A stretch of DNA of 64,000 nucleotides from Elsinoe ampelina. Its lineage: Eukaryota. The notes beneath the pieces were generated by a model, which saw only the letters and a program-made list of their open reading frames with translations, was not told the origin of the DNA and did no database searches. The DNA lies in assembly GCA_010093995.1 (NCBI GenBank), contig ML992510.1, positions 75,504 to 139,503 on the forward strand, given 5' to 3'. Position numbers and translations under genes: made by a program. Below are positions 1 to 14,474 of the stretch, piece after piece; the stretch's first letter is position 1; each line of letters opens with the position of its first letter.

Positions 1-743
1 TCCTTTATAGTCTACTAGTTTAGTATCTATCCTTCTAGCCTTAGATACTTATTTAAGTAATAGTACTTAATCTATTTATACTAGCCTTAGTATATATATT
101 TAGGCTCCCTAGGGGGACTAGATTTCTTATAAAGAATATTCTTAGTAGCTATAAGGAAGGCTATAGCTCCCTTACTAGCCTTTATAGTACTATATAGCTT
201 ATAGAGTTTATAAAACTGTTTAAACTTAGTAATTAGTTTAAGTATAGTTAGTAGAGTTAGTAAATCTAGATTAATAAGGTACTTATTAGTAAATACTAGT
301 TTAGTCTTTAAGATAGAAAGTAAGAAGTCTCTCTATAGCCTTAAGCCTTAAGCTTCTAGTAGATTATAGTTTCTAGCCTTATCTATAACCTCTTTCTATT
401 ACTAAAGCTAATAGTCTATATTCTATAAGGAAGAGCTAGATAGCTACTTTCTCTAGAGTGCTTTAACCTTAAGCTAAATAGCTATATTAGATAGAGTAAA
501 TTTGTTTTTTAAGGCTCGAAGAATAGCCTATAAGTAAGGATCTCCTTCTAGTTAGATAATAGTAAGAACTTATAGTATAATTAATAACTAAATAAGGCTT
601 ATAAGATCTACTAAGGCCTTAAGCTATTTATTATATTATACTTATTCCTTCTTATATATCTAGAAGAGTGCTAAGAAGTTAGTATTTACTACCTTTAGCC
701 TTTAAGGCTTAGGGAGCCTCTCTAGTTTAATAGCCTTCTAGGG

Positions 744-974
744 TATTATAGGGATTTTTAGGGATAAGGTACAAGCTTCTAATTAGGTGTAAGAATCTAG
801 GGTCTAGCTAGCTTTAGATAGCCTATATGTATAGGCTCTAATCTTACTACGTACTAGTAGAGAAAGAGAGTTTCCTTAAGTATTATTCGTACTACTAATC
901 GAGAGCTATTCTTATACTACTATAAGTTAATTATTATATATACTTACTAGTATTAATATAATCTACCCTTAATA
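744..974 (+). repeat. 5' LTR of Gypsy A
   Basis: Near-identical to 7348-7578; the differences seen are C/T and G/A transitions. Confidence 0.95.
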
Positions 975-3900
975 TAATAATACTTCCTTACCCTACTTAG
1001 GAAGTAGTCTAAGGATAGCTATTATAAGGACATAGTTAGGCTCTATTAGTAATAAGAAGGGTATAGGAACCCCTATAACTACTCCGGGAGAACCGCTAGT
1101 AGTAACTACCTTACTTAAGAAGTATATCTATAACGTAGAATAGCGAAGGAATTACCTCCTATAGAAATAAACTCTCTAATAGATCGAGGAATAAATTGCT
1201 CTTCTTAAGAGAGAAGTAAATCTAGATAGTATTAAGATCTAAAGCGATATAGGAACAAGATTAGTAGCCGGAAGTTATAAGCGCTATACCTCTTAAGACA
1301 TAGGACCTTTATATATAAAGTATAGTATAAGGCTAAAGGATCCTAGGGAATATAAAGAGAAATACCTAAGGGAATATAAGGAATTTACTCGGAGCTATAA
1401 GATAGCCTTCTAGCTTACTCTAGAGAACTTCTAGTTAGAATAAGAGAAAGTTACTTAGGTAAGCTAGTATCTTATAGAAGACCTACGCGAAGTATAGTAC
1501 TCTTATATAGAGTATAAGCCGCTTATAAAATCGTATACCTAGGGCTAATTTAAGACCTTTCTACTAGATATACTCTCTAATCCTATTAATTACACCCTAG
1601 AAGTAACTACTATATATACTACTATACTATAACTTTCTAGATAGAGTATTAGGGCCTTTACTACCTATTTAGAAACAATTAAGAACTAGCTACCCCTTTA
1701 CTTAGAGGAGTACTATATATAGCACCTATTCTTAAAACTCCGCTCCGAACTTTAGTAAGTAATTATAAACTACTATACTATACCTCTAATAAGAGAAGGT
1801 CTTATTATCTTAGGATCTACGCTAGAGCGTAACCTATAGAGTATAGGCAAGCTATAGAACTATCGTAATTACTTAGCTAGATATAGCTAAAAGCTACAAT
1901 ATAAGGATTAATATAAAGAGGAGTTAGCCCCTAAGAAAGACTTCTCCTATAAGTTAAGAGTTAAATACTACTTCTATAAGAAGATAGGCTACTACGTAAA
2001 TAAGTATAGGAAGAAAGTCTAACTCTTAGACGCTAATAAGAAGCCTATTACTTATATAAGATAGGCCTAGGGAAAAGGCCGAGCCTTATAGTTATCTCTA
2101 GAGCTATAAGGTATAGAGCTATTAATATTTTACTAGAGATATATTATACCTATATTATAATAGAAGCGACTAGAGTTAACTATAAGGTAGAAGTTATTCT
2201 AGATCCTTAAGTAGAGGTTAGCCTTATTAGCTAGCATATAGCAATTAAGATAAACCTTAACTTAGTACTAAGTAACCTACTCTAACTAGCCTAGGTAGAG
2301 TTAGAAAGGAAAGCTATATATACTATATATAAGATATAGGTAGTACTTACTAACGACTAAGGCGTAATATACTATGTTAAAACTATTACTTATAGAGTAG
2401 ATAAAGAAGAGCTAGAGCTACTCTTAGGTAACTCCTTCTTATAAAGAGAAGCTATATAGCTAGACTATAGATAGTAGACTTAGGCTTAGAGTATTAAAGA
2501 CGAGTCCCGTATCTAGATAGTAATAATCTAGTAGCTAGAACAAGAGGAGAGCTATATACACTTCTTAGGCGTAGTTTATAGTAACTCCTAAGGTAAGGAA
2601 ATTATTACCTACGTCTAAATCGCTAATGTCTCCTAGGAAAATTAAGTACTAGACGTATTATTAAACTACTAGGACGTCTTTAACACTAATACTACTAAAA
2701 TCCTACCTACTACTAAAGAAGGGAATTATTAAATTCCTATTCTACTAGGTAAGGAGCTACCTTATAGCCTACTCTATAACCTCTCTTTATATAAGCTTAA
2801 GGTACTATAATTATACCTCGAAGATATACTTAAGAAGGGCTAGATTCGTTATAGTATAAGCCTAGTAGAGGTACCTATCCTATTTATACTAAAGAAGGAT
2901 AGTACCTTTCGTTTATATATTAACTATAGGGGCCTTAACTCTATTACTATAAAGGATTACTACCTACTCTCTTTAATTAGTAAGACGCTAAACTACCTAT
3001 TAGACGTATATTACTATATAACTCTAGATCTAAAGGATACTTATAATAGAATCTATATTAGCCTAGGAGATAAGTAGAAGACTACCTTTAGAATATATTA
3101 TAGCTATTTTAAATACCTAGTTATACCTTTTAGGCTTACTAACACACCTACTACCTTCTAGGCCTATATTAACTAGACTCTTAGAGGATTAGTAGACTAT
3201 CTATATATAGTATACCTAGATAATATTCTTATTTATACTTATAGCGAAGATCTAGATACCTACTAGCGAGTAGTAAGCGCTATTCTTAAATAGTTAAGAT
3301 AGGCTAAACTATTTATAAACCTGTCTAAGTATACCTTTACTATAAAGTAGATATTCTTCTTAGAGTTTATTATAGATATATAAGGTATCTACGCTAATCC
3401 TACGTAAGTAGTAACTATCTCTAGATAGCCTTAACTAACTAGCGTTAAGAAGCTTTAGTTATTCCTTAGCTTTACTAACTTCTATTATAGATTTATTTAG
3501 AATTATATAAAACTAATAGCCCCTATAATAGATCTCTTAAAGAAGAAGTAATCTACCTTTATATAGCTAGAAGCTATAGAAGCTAGCTTTATTTAGCTTA
3601 AAGTATACTTTATAGAAGCGCCTTTACTATAATATTTCGACCCCTAGCTACTAATACACCTAGAGACAAATATATTAACCTTTATAGTAGTAGGTATCCT
3701 CTCCTAGCTATATAAAGACGAGAAATAACACCTAGTTACCTTTATCTCTAAGAAGCTTTAGGGAGTAGAGCGTATCTAGGAGGTATATAACTAAGAACTA
3801 TACGTAATTGTCTATTACTTTAAGTAGTAGCGTTACTACCTTAAGGGCACTTAGTATACTATATAGGTTCTAAGTAACTATAATAACCTACGAGATATAT

Positions 3901-5022
3901 GCGATATAAGTAAGCTTAACCTACGCTAGGCGTAATAGGCGTTCTACCTAGAAGCCTTTAACTTTAAAGTCTAGTACTACCCTAGTAAGTTAAATCTAGC
4001 TAATAGGCCCTTAAGAAGAGTAGACTACTTTAAGGAGAACTACGTACTTATAAGATTACTCTCTACCTTATAATATAAGCTAAACTTAGTAAGTAAACTA
4101 GAATTAGATCTAGTTACTATAAGGGTATAACTTATTAGTAGGATTAGCTCTACTCCCGAGTATAGCTTAGAGATTATAGGTTAATAGCCTACAACCTATA
4201 AACGCGGATCTAGCCTAACCGCTAGTGCTATAGAATATATACTATATATACTACACTATCTAGTAAGAGTACTTATTACTAGCAAACTTATATTAGTAGG
4301 AGATACTTTAATATTATAGACTATCTATATACTTTAGTAGAGGGACGCTTTTACTTTAAAGCGTATAGCCGATCTAGAGTAGGAAGAGTATACCTAAAGT
4401 AGTAAGAAGTTACTAGTATAGTATAAATATAAAGATAGAACTCTTATATATAAGGGTAGGCTCTATATTTCTAATAAACTAAGTCTAAGACAAGAAATCT
4501 TATATTAATACTATAACTCTTATATAGCTAGCTACTATAGCGCTATAAGAATATATAATCTAATTAGTAGATACTACTACTAGCTATTATTAGATTAGGA
4601 AGTATATAAGTATATTAAGACATATAGTATATACTAAAGGTTAAAAGTACTAAGGTATATACTATATAGTAAGCTATTATCTCTACCTATTCCTTTTAAT
4701 ATCTTTAAAGAAGTTATACTAGACTTTATTATAAAGCTTCCCCCTATAATACATAATAGTAGCATATATAATATAATCTTAGTAATCTATAATAGATTAT
4801 TAAAGCTAGTAATCTATATTATAGCTAAGGAGACATAGACTATAAAGGACTTTATAGATGTCTATTTTAAGTATATAATTTATAAATATAAAGTATAGAA
4901 AGGAATTATATTAGACAGAGGATCTCTATTTATAAGCTAGTTCTAGACTAAAATTTGCTATTAACTATAGGTAAAGCGTAGGTTAAGTATAGCTTTCTAT
5001 CTATAAACTAATAGGCAAATAG

Positions 5023-5698
5023 ANNNNNNNNNNNNNNNNNNNNNNNNNNNNNNNNNNNNNNNNNNNNNNNNNNNNNNNNNNNNNNNNNNNNNNNNNNNNN
5101 NNNNNNNNNNNNNNNNNNNNNNNNNNNNNNNNNNNNNNNNNNNNNNNNNNNNNNNNNNNNNNNNNNNNNNNNNNNNNNNNNNNNNNNNNNNNNNNNNNNN
5201 NNNNNNNNNNNNNNNNNNNNNNNNNNNNNNNNNNNNNNNNNNNNNNNNNNNNNNNNNNNNNNNNNNNNNNNNNNNNNNNNNNNNNNNNNNNNNNNNNNNN
5301 NNNNNNNNNNNNNNNNNNNNNNNNNNNNNNNNNNNNNNNNNNNNNNNNNNNNNNNNNNNNNNNNNNNNNNNNNNNNNNNNNNNNNNNNNNNNNNNNNNNN
5401 NNNNNNNNNNNNNNNNNNNNNNNNNNNNNNNNNNNNNNNNNNNNNNNNNNNNNNNNNNNNNNNNNNNNNNNNNNNNNNNNNNNNNNNNNNNNNNNNNNNN
5501 NNNNNNNNNNNNNNNNNNNNNNNNNNNNNNNNNNNNNNNNNNNNNNNNNNNNNNNNNNNNNNNNNNNNNNNNNNNNNNNNNNNNNNNNNNNNNNNNNNNN
5601 NNNNNNNNNNNNNNNNNNNNNNNNNNNNNNNNNNNNNNNNNNNNNNNNNNNNNNNNNNNNNNNNNNNNNNNNNNNNNNNNNNNNNNNNNNNNNNNNNN
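5023..5698. other. Assembly gap (N run) inside Gypsy A integrase region
   Basis: Run of N bases. Confidence 1.
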
Positions 5699-7347
5699 AA
5701 GATACTTAGCACTAGAGACTTTAGCTTTATAACTTTAATAGGAATATTAGCTTAAGGATTAAGACTATCTATTTCTATCTATAGCTCTTTAGCCTAGTAT
5801 CTTTATAAGAATAACACTAGAAACATCTACGCTATATATACTTTATATAGCTAACCTATAAGCAATAAGCGCAATAACTACTTATTATCCTTATCCTTAT
5901 TAATAATAATATCTAAGTTATTCTCTTTATCCTAGCTATGCTATTAGTAAGCAATTAATATAATATATAATAGCGATTATACTATGTCTATCTAGTTATT
6001 AGTATCCTTATTACTTAAACTACTAAACTCCTTACTATCCTTATTATCTCTATTCTCCCTATCCTCTCTATCTCTATTAGGGCTAGGGCTATCTCTATCC
6101 CTATTACTATTATTACTACCTCTATTACCCTAGCTATAATGTTAGTATACGATGTAGGTAATAGGTAGGTATAAACTTACACTACTACCCCCGCTACTAT
6201 TACCTCTATTACCTCTATTACCTCTACCTCTACTACTACTACTACCCCTAGGACTACTACTAGGCCTAAAGTGTAGGTAAGGCCTACTACTAGAAGTACT
6301 ACTACTAAACCTAAGAGGACTAGGCTATTCTAGCTATTAGTATATAAACTAGAAGCGAGTAGAGTATAAACTTATATAGCTAAACTACTAAATAGCTATC
6401 TATTCTAGAATATTAGTAATCCTCCTCTACTCTAATAGCTATAGCCTCTCTATATTAGAGCTAGACTTAAGTACCTTAGTTAGCATTTCTAAGGGATTTT
6501 CTCTAAGAGCTATAATATACCTATAATACTTAAGCTACTAGGTAAGGGTATACTAGGCGCGCGTAAGAGCTAAGTCTATACGCTAGATAGTAGAGTCTTA
6601 GCTTCTCCTATTCCTAGGAAAGGTACTAGTATTAATAGCCTAGATATAGGTGTTATAGAACTAGTATACGCGCTTAATACGACTATTAAACGCGATAGGA
6701 ACCTAAGTATATTAGTAATATCGTAGGAGAGTATTACTTAGTAAAGTCCTTACTAAGGTATAGAAAGATCTATTACCTCTAGTATAGTAGTTATACCTCT
6801 TAAGGTCTAGCCTACTATAAACTATACTATGCTTTATAATCTTATATATATAGCATATATAAGTTAGTATATAGGGCATAGTTATGTCGTAAGTAACTTA
6901 GTAGTAGAAAGTATAGTTATAGGCGTAACTAAGGGCAGTAGAGCTAATATATATTAGTCTACTAAAGGTAACTATAATAGGCAAAGAAGGTATAGTATAT
7001 GTAATAAGTGTTATTAAGGAAGTTAAGAAGTATAGGCGCGTTATAGAAATATATTCTAGCTATGTTTATTGTTATTATTCTACGTAATAAAGGTAGTTCT
7101 AGCACTAAGGGCCTAGGAGGCAAAAATCCTAAATAAAGCCTAAATAAAGCATATATTACCTACCTTTCTAGAAGCGATAAAGCTATAATAACCTTACTAA
7201 TTATATACGGACTATACAAAAATTACATAAGGGATATAAGTAAATAAAGTAGTAATACTAGATACTCTTTTCCTATAACAGTTATAAAGGCTAATAGGTT
7301 TTTATTAAGGCTAGCTACTAAAGATATTAGCTTAGAGGAGGAGGTAA

Positions 7348-7578
7348 TATTATAGGGATTTTTAGGGATAAGGTATAAGCTTCTAATTAGGTATAAGAAT
7401 CTAGGGTCTAGCTAGCTTTAGATAGCCTATATATATAGGCTCTAATCTTACTATACACTAGTAGAGAAAGAGAGTTTCCTTAAGTATTATTTGTACTACT
7501 AATTAAGAGCTATCCTTATACTACTATAAGTTAATTATTATATATACTTACTAGTATTAATATAATCTACCCCTAATA
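7348..7578 (+). repeat. 3' LTR of Gypsy A
   Basis: Direct repeat of 744-974, preceded by a PPT and followed by TSD TAGGG. Confidence 0.95.
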
Positions 7579-7919
7579 TAGGGATTAATAAGGTTCTATA
7601 TCTTAGTATTTAACGCTCTTATCTTAATAATATATAGCTAGCTAGCCTATTTAGCTAATGTAGTAAGAATAATAGGTGTTCTAGCTGTTAATATATTAGT
7701 ATCTATAGTTATTTATTCCTTTATTAATACCTAAATCCTTTAGTTATAGCTAAGGCAGTTCTTAATAGATTCTAATACTTAAAAAGCGAGATAGTAGAGA
7801 ATTAACTAATAAATAGAGTAGAAAAGTAACTAAGTAATATACTTATATAGGGGTAGTTATACTAGGCTTATAACTATTAACTTATATAGGGGAGGAAAAA
7901 GAATTAATTACTACCTAAA

Positions 7920-8382
7920 TGTTATAAACCGTCTAAACACAGCCTATACTAGTAGTCTAAGCTAAGCTAGGAACGAGGTAGTTCTACTTCTATAGTAGTA
8001 TAGCACTAAGGTAAGAGTCGGAGAAGGTATGTCTTATAGATAATAAAGTACAATTAGATAGTATTACAAAGGCTAGCCTTAGTAATACTAGTGTTCGCTA
8101 TCTAGACGAGGTTAACTATAGTACTTATATAAGGTAAGAACTATTCCTATATACATATGTTCTTTATTACGTTCTCTATATACTCTATATACTCTATAGC
8201 GAGAGTCGGAGGCAACATAGAGTATATATCTACTAGTAACCTACGTGCTCTATAGTTTTAGGGGTAGAGCCGCTAGAGAAGATAGAGAACCGAGTAAATA
8301 TCGAGCTAGGTTACGTAATAATCTCGGTAGCTTAATTAGTCCTAACGTCTCTACATTCTAGCTGTCCTACTAGTTTATAATA
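7920..8382 (-). repeat. 3' LTR of Gypsy B
   Basis: Direct repeat of 14475-14937, adjacent to the PPT. Confidence 0.95.
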
Positions 8383-11300
8383 TTACTCTTCTCCTTTAAT
8401 CGAGTTGTCCTAATAAGTAAGTATCCTTTCTTATCCTTACGCGCTATGTACTAAATATGCCTCCTAGTCGTCGAAGGCATAGCAAATCTAGTATATCTGT
8501 ACAAAAGAATCTCTTAGAGTTTATCAAACTATTCGGAACTAACATGCTATAGGCTTCTTCTTGTTATAAATCGAAGAGGCTAGACTATAAGGTCTATATT
8601 CGGTCGGGTATCTATAGCTAGTATATTGTAAGTAACTACTTAAGTTATAATATTTAGGTGACAAAATTAGAATAGTAGCGTCTTTAGTCTAAGTACATTT
8701 ATTTGCGAAAGGAATTAGTTATAGCTAAGGCTACTAGAAGGAAAGCCGAAGAAGCTTGTAAAAAGGCAAAAGAGGCTTATTAAAGAGCTATAGGTAATAA
8801 GCTTTACCTACGCGAAGAGATGTAAAAGTTAAAGAACAAGGTAGAGGAAGTAATCTCTCTAGAAGAGACTCGTATTTAAGTCTTAGAGTAGGAGGAAATG
8901 CTATTATCGGTAGATCTCGTCCTACTATAGGACTAGTAGTTATTTATGCCTAACTCTAATTAGAGTTCCTTACTTAGTAACAATTAAGGTACTCCTATTA
9001 GTTAAGTAATCTTCCTTAGGCGTTCTTGTTTTTGTTTAGTGTTTAGAGTGCTAGGTCTGTCTAGTTAGTTTACTTAGGATAGGTTCTCGATCTAGTAATC
9101 TAGAATTACTTACGAGGTAAAGTGCTCCTCTAGTTTCTATGTTGCTTTACTATACTAATGTCCCTTCTAGTAAATAAGATAGTAGCGTTTTTCTTTTATA
9201 AGTTTATAACGTAAAACCCTTTCTATCTTATACCGTAGCTCCTATGTTTCTTCCTCTAGTTCGATAGGTCTAGGTATAGCATTCTATAGTACTTTCTCTA
9301 GTAGTAATATATAAAAGACTAGATAAATCCTTATATATCTTAGTAGTTCTAGTTTGTATACGTTCTTGTTTTTCTTTTCTAGGATCTTAAAGGGTCTTAG
9401 TTTAGTGTAGTTAAGTTTCTTGCTTAGTTATTTCGTTTTAATGTTTTTACTAAGGAGATAAACTTTCTCCCCCTCCTATAGAATTAGTCCTACAATTCTC
9501 TTCCGGTTAGCAAACTCTACTATTCTTTATAATATAAATGCTATATTATAGTATAGCTAGTTATGTAGTTTCTTAATGTTAGCTACTAGTATATTAGTAT
9601 CCTTAGATACTAGCTTAATTCTAAGTATGTCGTAGTATAGATCCAGGTATATTCTATAGTTTATATAGAATAGTAAAATTCTATTTGCTAACTTTCTGTT
9701 GTTAATAGCGAGCTCTATAAGTAGTAATAGCGTTGCCTATAAGTCTTACTTATAGTTTAGGTAGCATTATAGGTACTACTCTAGTACTTGATTTGCCTAT
9801 TTAGTTTATCTGTCCGTTTATAGGTAAAAGGAGGTTAATAGCTTATGTTTAACTCCTAGTAGGTCCATAAATAATTACTAGAATTGTGACGTGAATAGCT
9901 TATCTCTATTAGTTATTAAGTCTCGTAGTACTCTATATTATAAAACAATTGTTCGGAGAAAGGCAAAGGCTATATCCTTAGTAGTTACTATTGTCTTATA
10001 TAGGACAAAGTAGTAATACTTCGTAAACCTATCTACTAGGACTAGAATGCTATTATACTTTACACCTGTAAGAGGTTCTTCTAATAGCGGTAGAGGTCCT
10101 ATAAAGTCTATCGTAACTAATTGCTATAGTTTGTCTAGTAGTAGTAAGAGTTATAGTAGGCTATATAGTCTATATCGAGAGTGCTTAGACTTATAGTATA
10201 TATCGTAGGCGGCGATATACGTCTTAACATCGTTTCGGAGTTCTTTCTAGAGGTAGTTTCGTGTAATAAGTTCAATAGTCTTATTAATCCCGCTATGTCC
10301 TGCCGTTAGGTTATTATAGTATATTTAAATAACTTCTTTCTTCCGTTCTTACGTAAGCTCCTAGGTAAGGCTATATAACTACTCTACCTTCGGGTGCTTA
10401 TAGACTAGAGCGCCGTCCTACTACTTTAGTATAGAGGCCTCTATTATTGTTATGTTTTTTAAGTAATCCGGCTAGCGGCTAAGAGCGTCTACTTCGCTAT
10501 TCTCTAATCCCTTAACATAGTAGATCTAGAAGTTGTAGCTTATAAGTGTTTCTAACTATCGAACCTGTCGTCTGTTAAGAACCTTAGTTATTGTCTAATA
10601 TAGAAGGTTCTTATAGTTAGTATAGACTTATACGAGTAAGGTTGTCCCTTCTAGGTATACTCTCTATTCGCGAAACGCTTCTATAATTGTAAGTAATTCC
10701 TTGTTGTATATGTCGTAGTTAAGTTTAGGTCTAGTCATTTTTCGTAAGTAGTATATAATCGGGCAGCGTTGTTCTTCTACGCCCTTCTACGCTAGATATA
10801 CTTCTATTACAAAGTCCGAGGTATCCGTTTCTAGTAGTGCTTATTAGTCTAGGTTGAAGAGTGCTAGGATAGGTACTATTATAAGCCTAAGCTTTAGCTC
10901 CTTAAAGGCCTACCTATACCTCTCGTTAAAGACAAAGCTAGTTTCCTTTTTCGTAAGGTTAGATATTAGCGTAGCTACCTTAGAGAATCCTTTAACAAAC
11001 TTATAGTAGTAGTTAAAGAACCCTAGTAGTACTTAAACCTCCTTAACTATTATAGGTTCTAGCTAGTTGTTTACTAACTTAATCTTCTTTAGATTAGGTC
11101 TAATACTATTAGTAGATATAATATAGCTTAGAAATTATATCTTATATTTATAGAACTTACACTTAGAGAGTTTTACTAGTAGGTCTTTTTCTTTTAGTTT
11201 CTATAGTACTTTATAAATATATCCTATATGTTTATTATACGTCTTTAAGAAGATAATAATATTGTCTAAATATGCTAAGACAAAATTGTTAAGGTATTCT

Positions 11301-14300
11301 CGTAGAGTATTATTAATTAACTCTTAGAAGGTTATAGGAGCGTTAGTTAACCTAAAGGGCATAACGAGGTACTTATATAGACTCTATTACGTCCTAAAAG
11401 CTGTCTTCTACTCCTTGCCCTCCTTTATTTATACTTAATAATAGACGTCCCTAATATTAATTATAGTAAACTATTTAGCTCTAAGTAGTTAGTCTTAAAG
11501 TTTGTCGATCCTTAGTAGGAGATAGCGATTCTTCCTAGTAAGTGTATTAAGTTTCTAGTAATTAATATATATTTGTAATATTCTATTCTTTTTTAGTGTA
11601 AAAAGCACTCCGTGTGTAATAGGTAATTTTAATAGTTGTATAAATCCTTTAAGTAAGTACTTATCGATGTAGTCCTTAAGGACATTCTCCTCTTGTTTCG
11701 ATAGTAGTATAAGACCTTAATAGTGTGTTAGGGATTTACCTTCTTCGAAAGGTATTTCGTAATTCTATAGTTTATATTAGAGTAAGGCTGTAATACCTTC
11801 TCTTTCTTTAAATAAGTCCTCGAAGTCTTTATATTCTAGCGGAAGTACTTAATCGCTTATACTAGCGATAGCCCTAACTATTAGTCGTACCTATACTGTC
11901 CTTATAGTTAGTATCTATAGAGCTAATTATGCTCCCTACGTCCTATAATTGTACTTAGGGAATTCGAGTGTTCCTTTAATCTAGTCTACGTCTAGATTAT
12001 GTTATTAAAGCTAGTCTATACTAAGTACTATATTATACTATATATTAACTATATTAATCAATTGTTTTTCCGTATATATTTCGATTTAGATTATAACGTT
12101 TCGTAGTTCCTAAGTAACTTTCCCGTCCTTCTCTATAGAGGTTCTATCCGCTATAGTAAGTAGGTAAGGTAACTCCTTCTAGTGTTAATAAGGTTTAAGC
12201 TAATTAGCAACTGTTATAGAGACGTAGCTATAGTTAGCTCCTAAATTTATTATTGCTCTTACCTTACTTCCTTATATTTTAACTTCTAGTATAAAGTAGT
12301 TTAATATATAGATCTTTATTATATTAAGGCTTTAGCTAGTGTTGTCGTCTTGCCTTATTAGGCGATAACTAGCTAGTTTTTTGTCATTGTAGCTCCTTAG
12401 ATAAGTAGCTAATCCCTTTCTATACGTATTTACTATTAGTACTATATCTATTAGGCAAGTTGTGTTTTGTCGCTATTTAACATAGTAAGGTAAACTTCTA
12501 GCGCCTAAGTCCCTTAGTGACTATAAAGTCTAATAATTCTCTACTAGTTACACTAAGTAGTGTTATACACCCGTATAGGTATAACTATTCCTTCTAGGTA
12601 TAGCTAGGCGTTAGTATTAAAGACGAAAACAGGTTATATAGATTTGTCTTATTACGTCCTATTCTAGTAGTAGGTGTATATTATTATATAATTCCTCTAT
12701 ATCCCTATAAGGTATACTTTAAGTCGTCTGCCTAATAGTAGTACGTCGTCGTTATCGTTGTCGGATAAGTCCTTATCTATATTATTACATCGTAGTTGTT
12801 TAGTGTATTCTTTGTTATATTTCTCTTCGTCGCTACTGCCCCTAGTATAGTTATAGTTAGTAAAGCTACACCGAGTATATTCTTTTACTTAGCTATAGGG
12901 AATAGTACTACCTATCTTAATTACTAAGAAGTCTATAGTGTATTTAAGACTAATAGCGTCTTCTCCGAGTATATCGTATAAGTAGATAGTATAGTACTAT
13001 TTATAATCTAGATTTGTACATTTCTAGAGCGACATATAATACACCTTTCCTTATAGTTCGCCGTAAGGGCTAAAGGTAAGGCTACTATATTGTTACGTAG
13101 CACTTACGTTCTAATACTTTGTCTTAATAATCATATATTAGTAATTGTCGCTAACTACCTTCTAAGGTTAGTTAATGTTACTACTAATTATAGGGAGCCT
13201 TTCTAGGTTAAGCCCCTAGTCTAGCTATTTTATTAGTTGCCTACGCTTAGATAGCTTATATAGGAACTAACTAGATCCCTACTTATCTAATAAGTAAATG
13301 TAATAAGAGTTATTATAATATGCTATCTATAATAGCGTTACGTTTTAGCTTTGTTATTTGCTATTAGTTATAGAGATATTAAGCGTAACATCCGGAGAGA
13401 ATTCTATTACCTTTTAAGTCGTCGTAGACTCCTTCTATGTTTCCTTATCTACGCTAAAGGTCGTTAGGTCTTCTATAGTAGTGTCGGCCTTTTTTTCTAC
13501 TAGCCTAGTAACTATTATATATAATCTATTAGCTAGCGCCCCTTGTTAGTAGTCCCTAGTCTAATGCCTAGGTCTTTTACACTTAAAACACAAGTTATCT
13601 CGTCTATACTTCTCTCTCTCTTTTCTACTAAGGAACTTTCCTCTATAACTATAGCCTCGTACCTATAAGGGGCAGCCTTCGTATATAGTATTAAGTTCTA
13701 TAGGGTCTCTATAGTTTCGGGAGAAACGCGTATATCTAGTGTTTACCTTATATCCCCTACGACGTTCTATATGTCGTTTGTAAAGTCTATTATTAATAGC
13801 AATTATAGTGTCTACTAGTTCCTAAAGGCTATTAGGCAGCTCGAGTATTATTTAGTCTTTGACTAAGTCGCTTAGTCCTTAATAGAATACTAAGTGTTTA
13901 GTACTATCGTCCTAGTCTAGGTACATTACAAGTTGTTAGAACTAGGAATAGTACTAGGCTATAGACCTATATTGTTATAATTATTAGATCTTTGTTATAG
14001 CGATATATTCCTCGTTAGATACATTAAAGACTTACTTAATCTTTGCCTAGAAGATGCTAAAGCTCTTAAAGATAGCCTTTATATCTAGGCCTAGTTATCT
14101 ATCTAGGTAGCTACTTATATAAGGCTCGAACCACTTGAAGGTAGCGCCCTTAAGGTACATTCCGGCATAGAGGACCTTTACTACGTCGTTGCTATACTTG
14201 TCTCTCTCTAGGGCAAAGAAGGCTTTAAGTTAAATAAGGAAGCGCCTTAAGTAGGCGCGGTCCCCGTAGAAGAGTTCTATCTCTAACTTAGGCCTACTCT

Positions 14301-14474
14301 ATCCTTCTATACTAAAAGACCTTCTATGTTTGCCCGAGGTTAAACTAGTAGTAGACATGTTATTAATAGTAAGCTTTCCTAGCTTACTAGCAATTAAAGA
14401 TGCTAATAGTGACTTAGAGCGAGAGTTACTTATTAACCTCGTAGCGTACTATACTATAGTAAGGGTAGTTAAAA

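Larger units (their letters stand above)
744..7578 (+). mobile_element. RIP-inactivated Ty3/Gypsy LTR retrotransposon A
   Basis: 231-bp direct LTRs at 744-974 and 7348-7578. 5-bp TSD TAGGG at 739-743 and 7579-7583. Polypurine tract AGAGGAGGAGG just before the 3' LTR. RT motif VYLDNILIY (YLDD after RIP) at 3210-3236, followed by RNase H and integrase relics in Gypsy order. Many TAA/TAG stops. Confidence 0.95.

Noticed and set aside
5008..5712. 234-aa ORF in the ORF track
   Set aside because: Artefact of the N gap.
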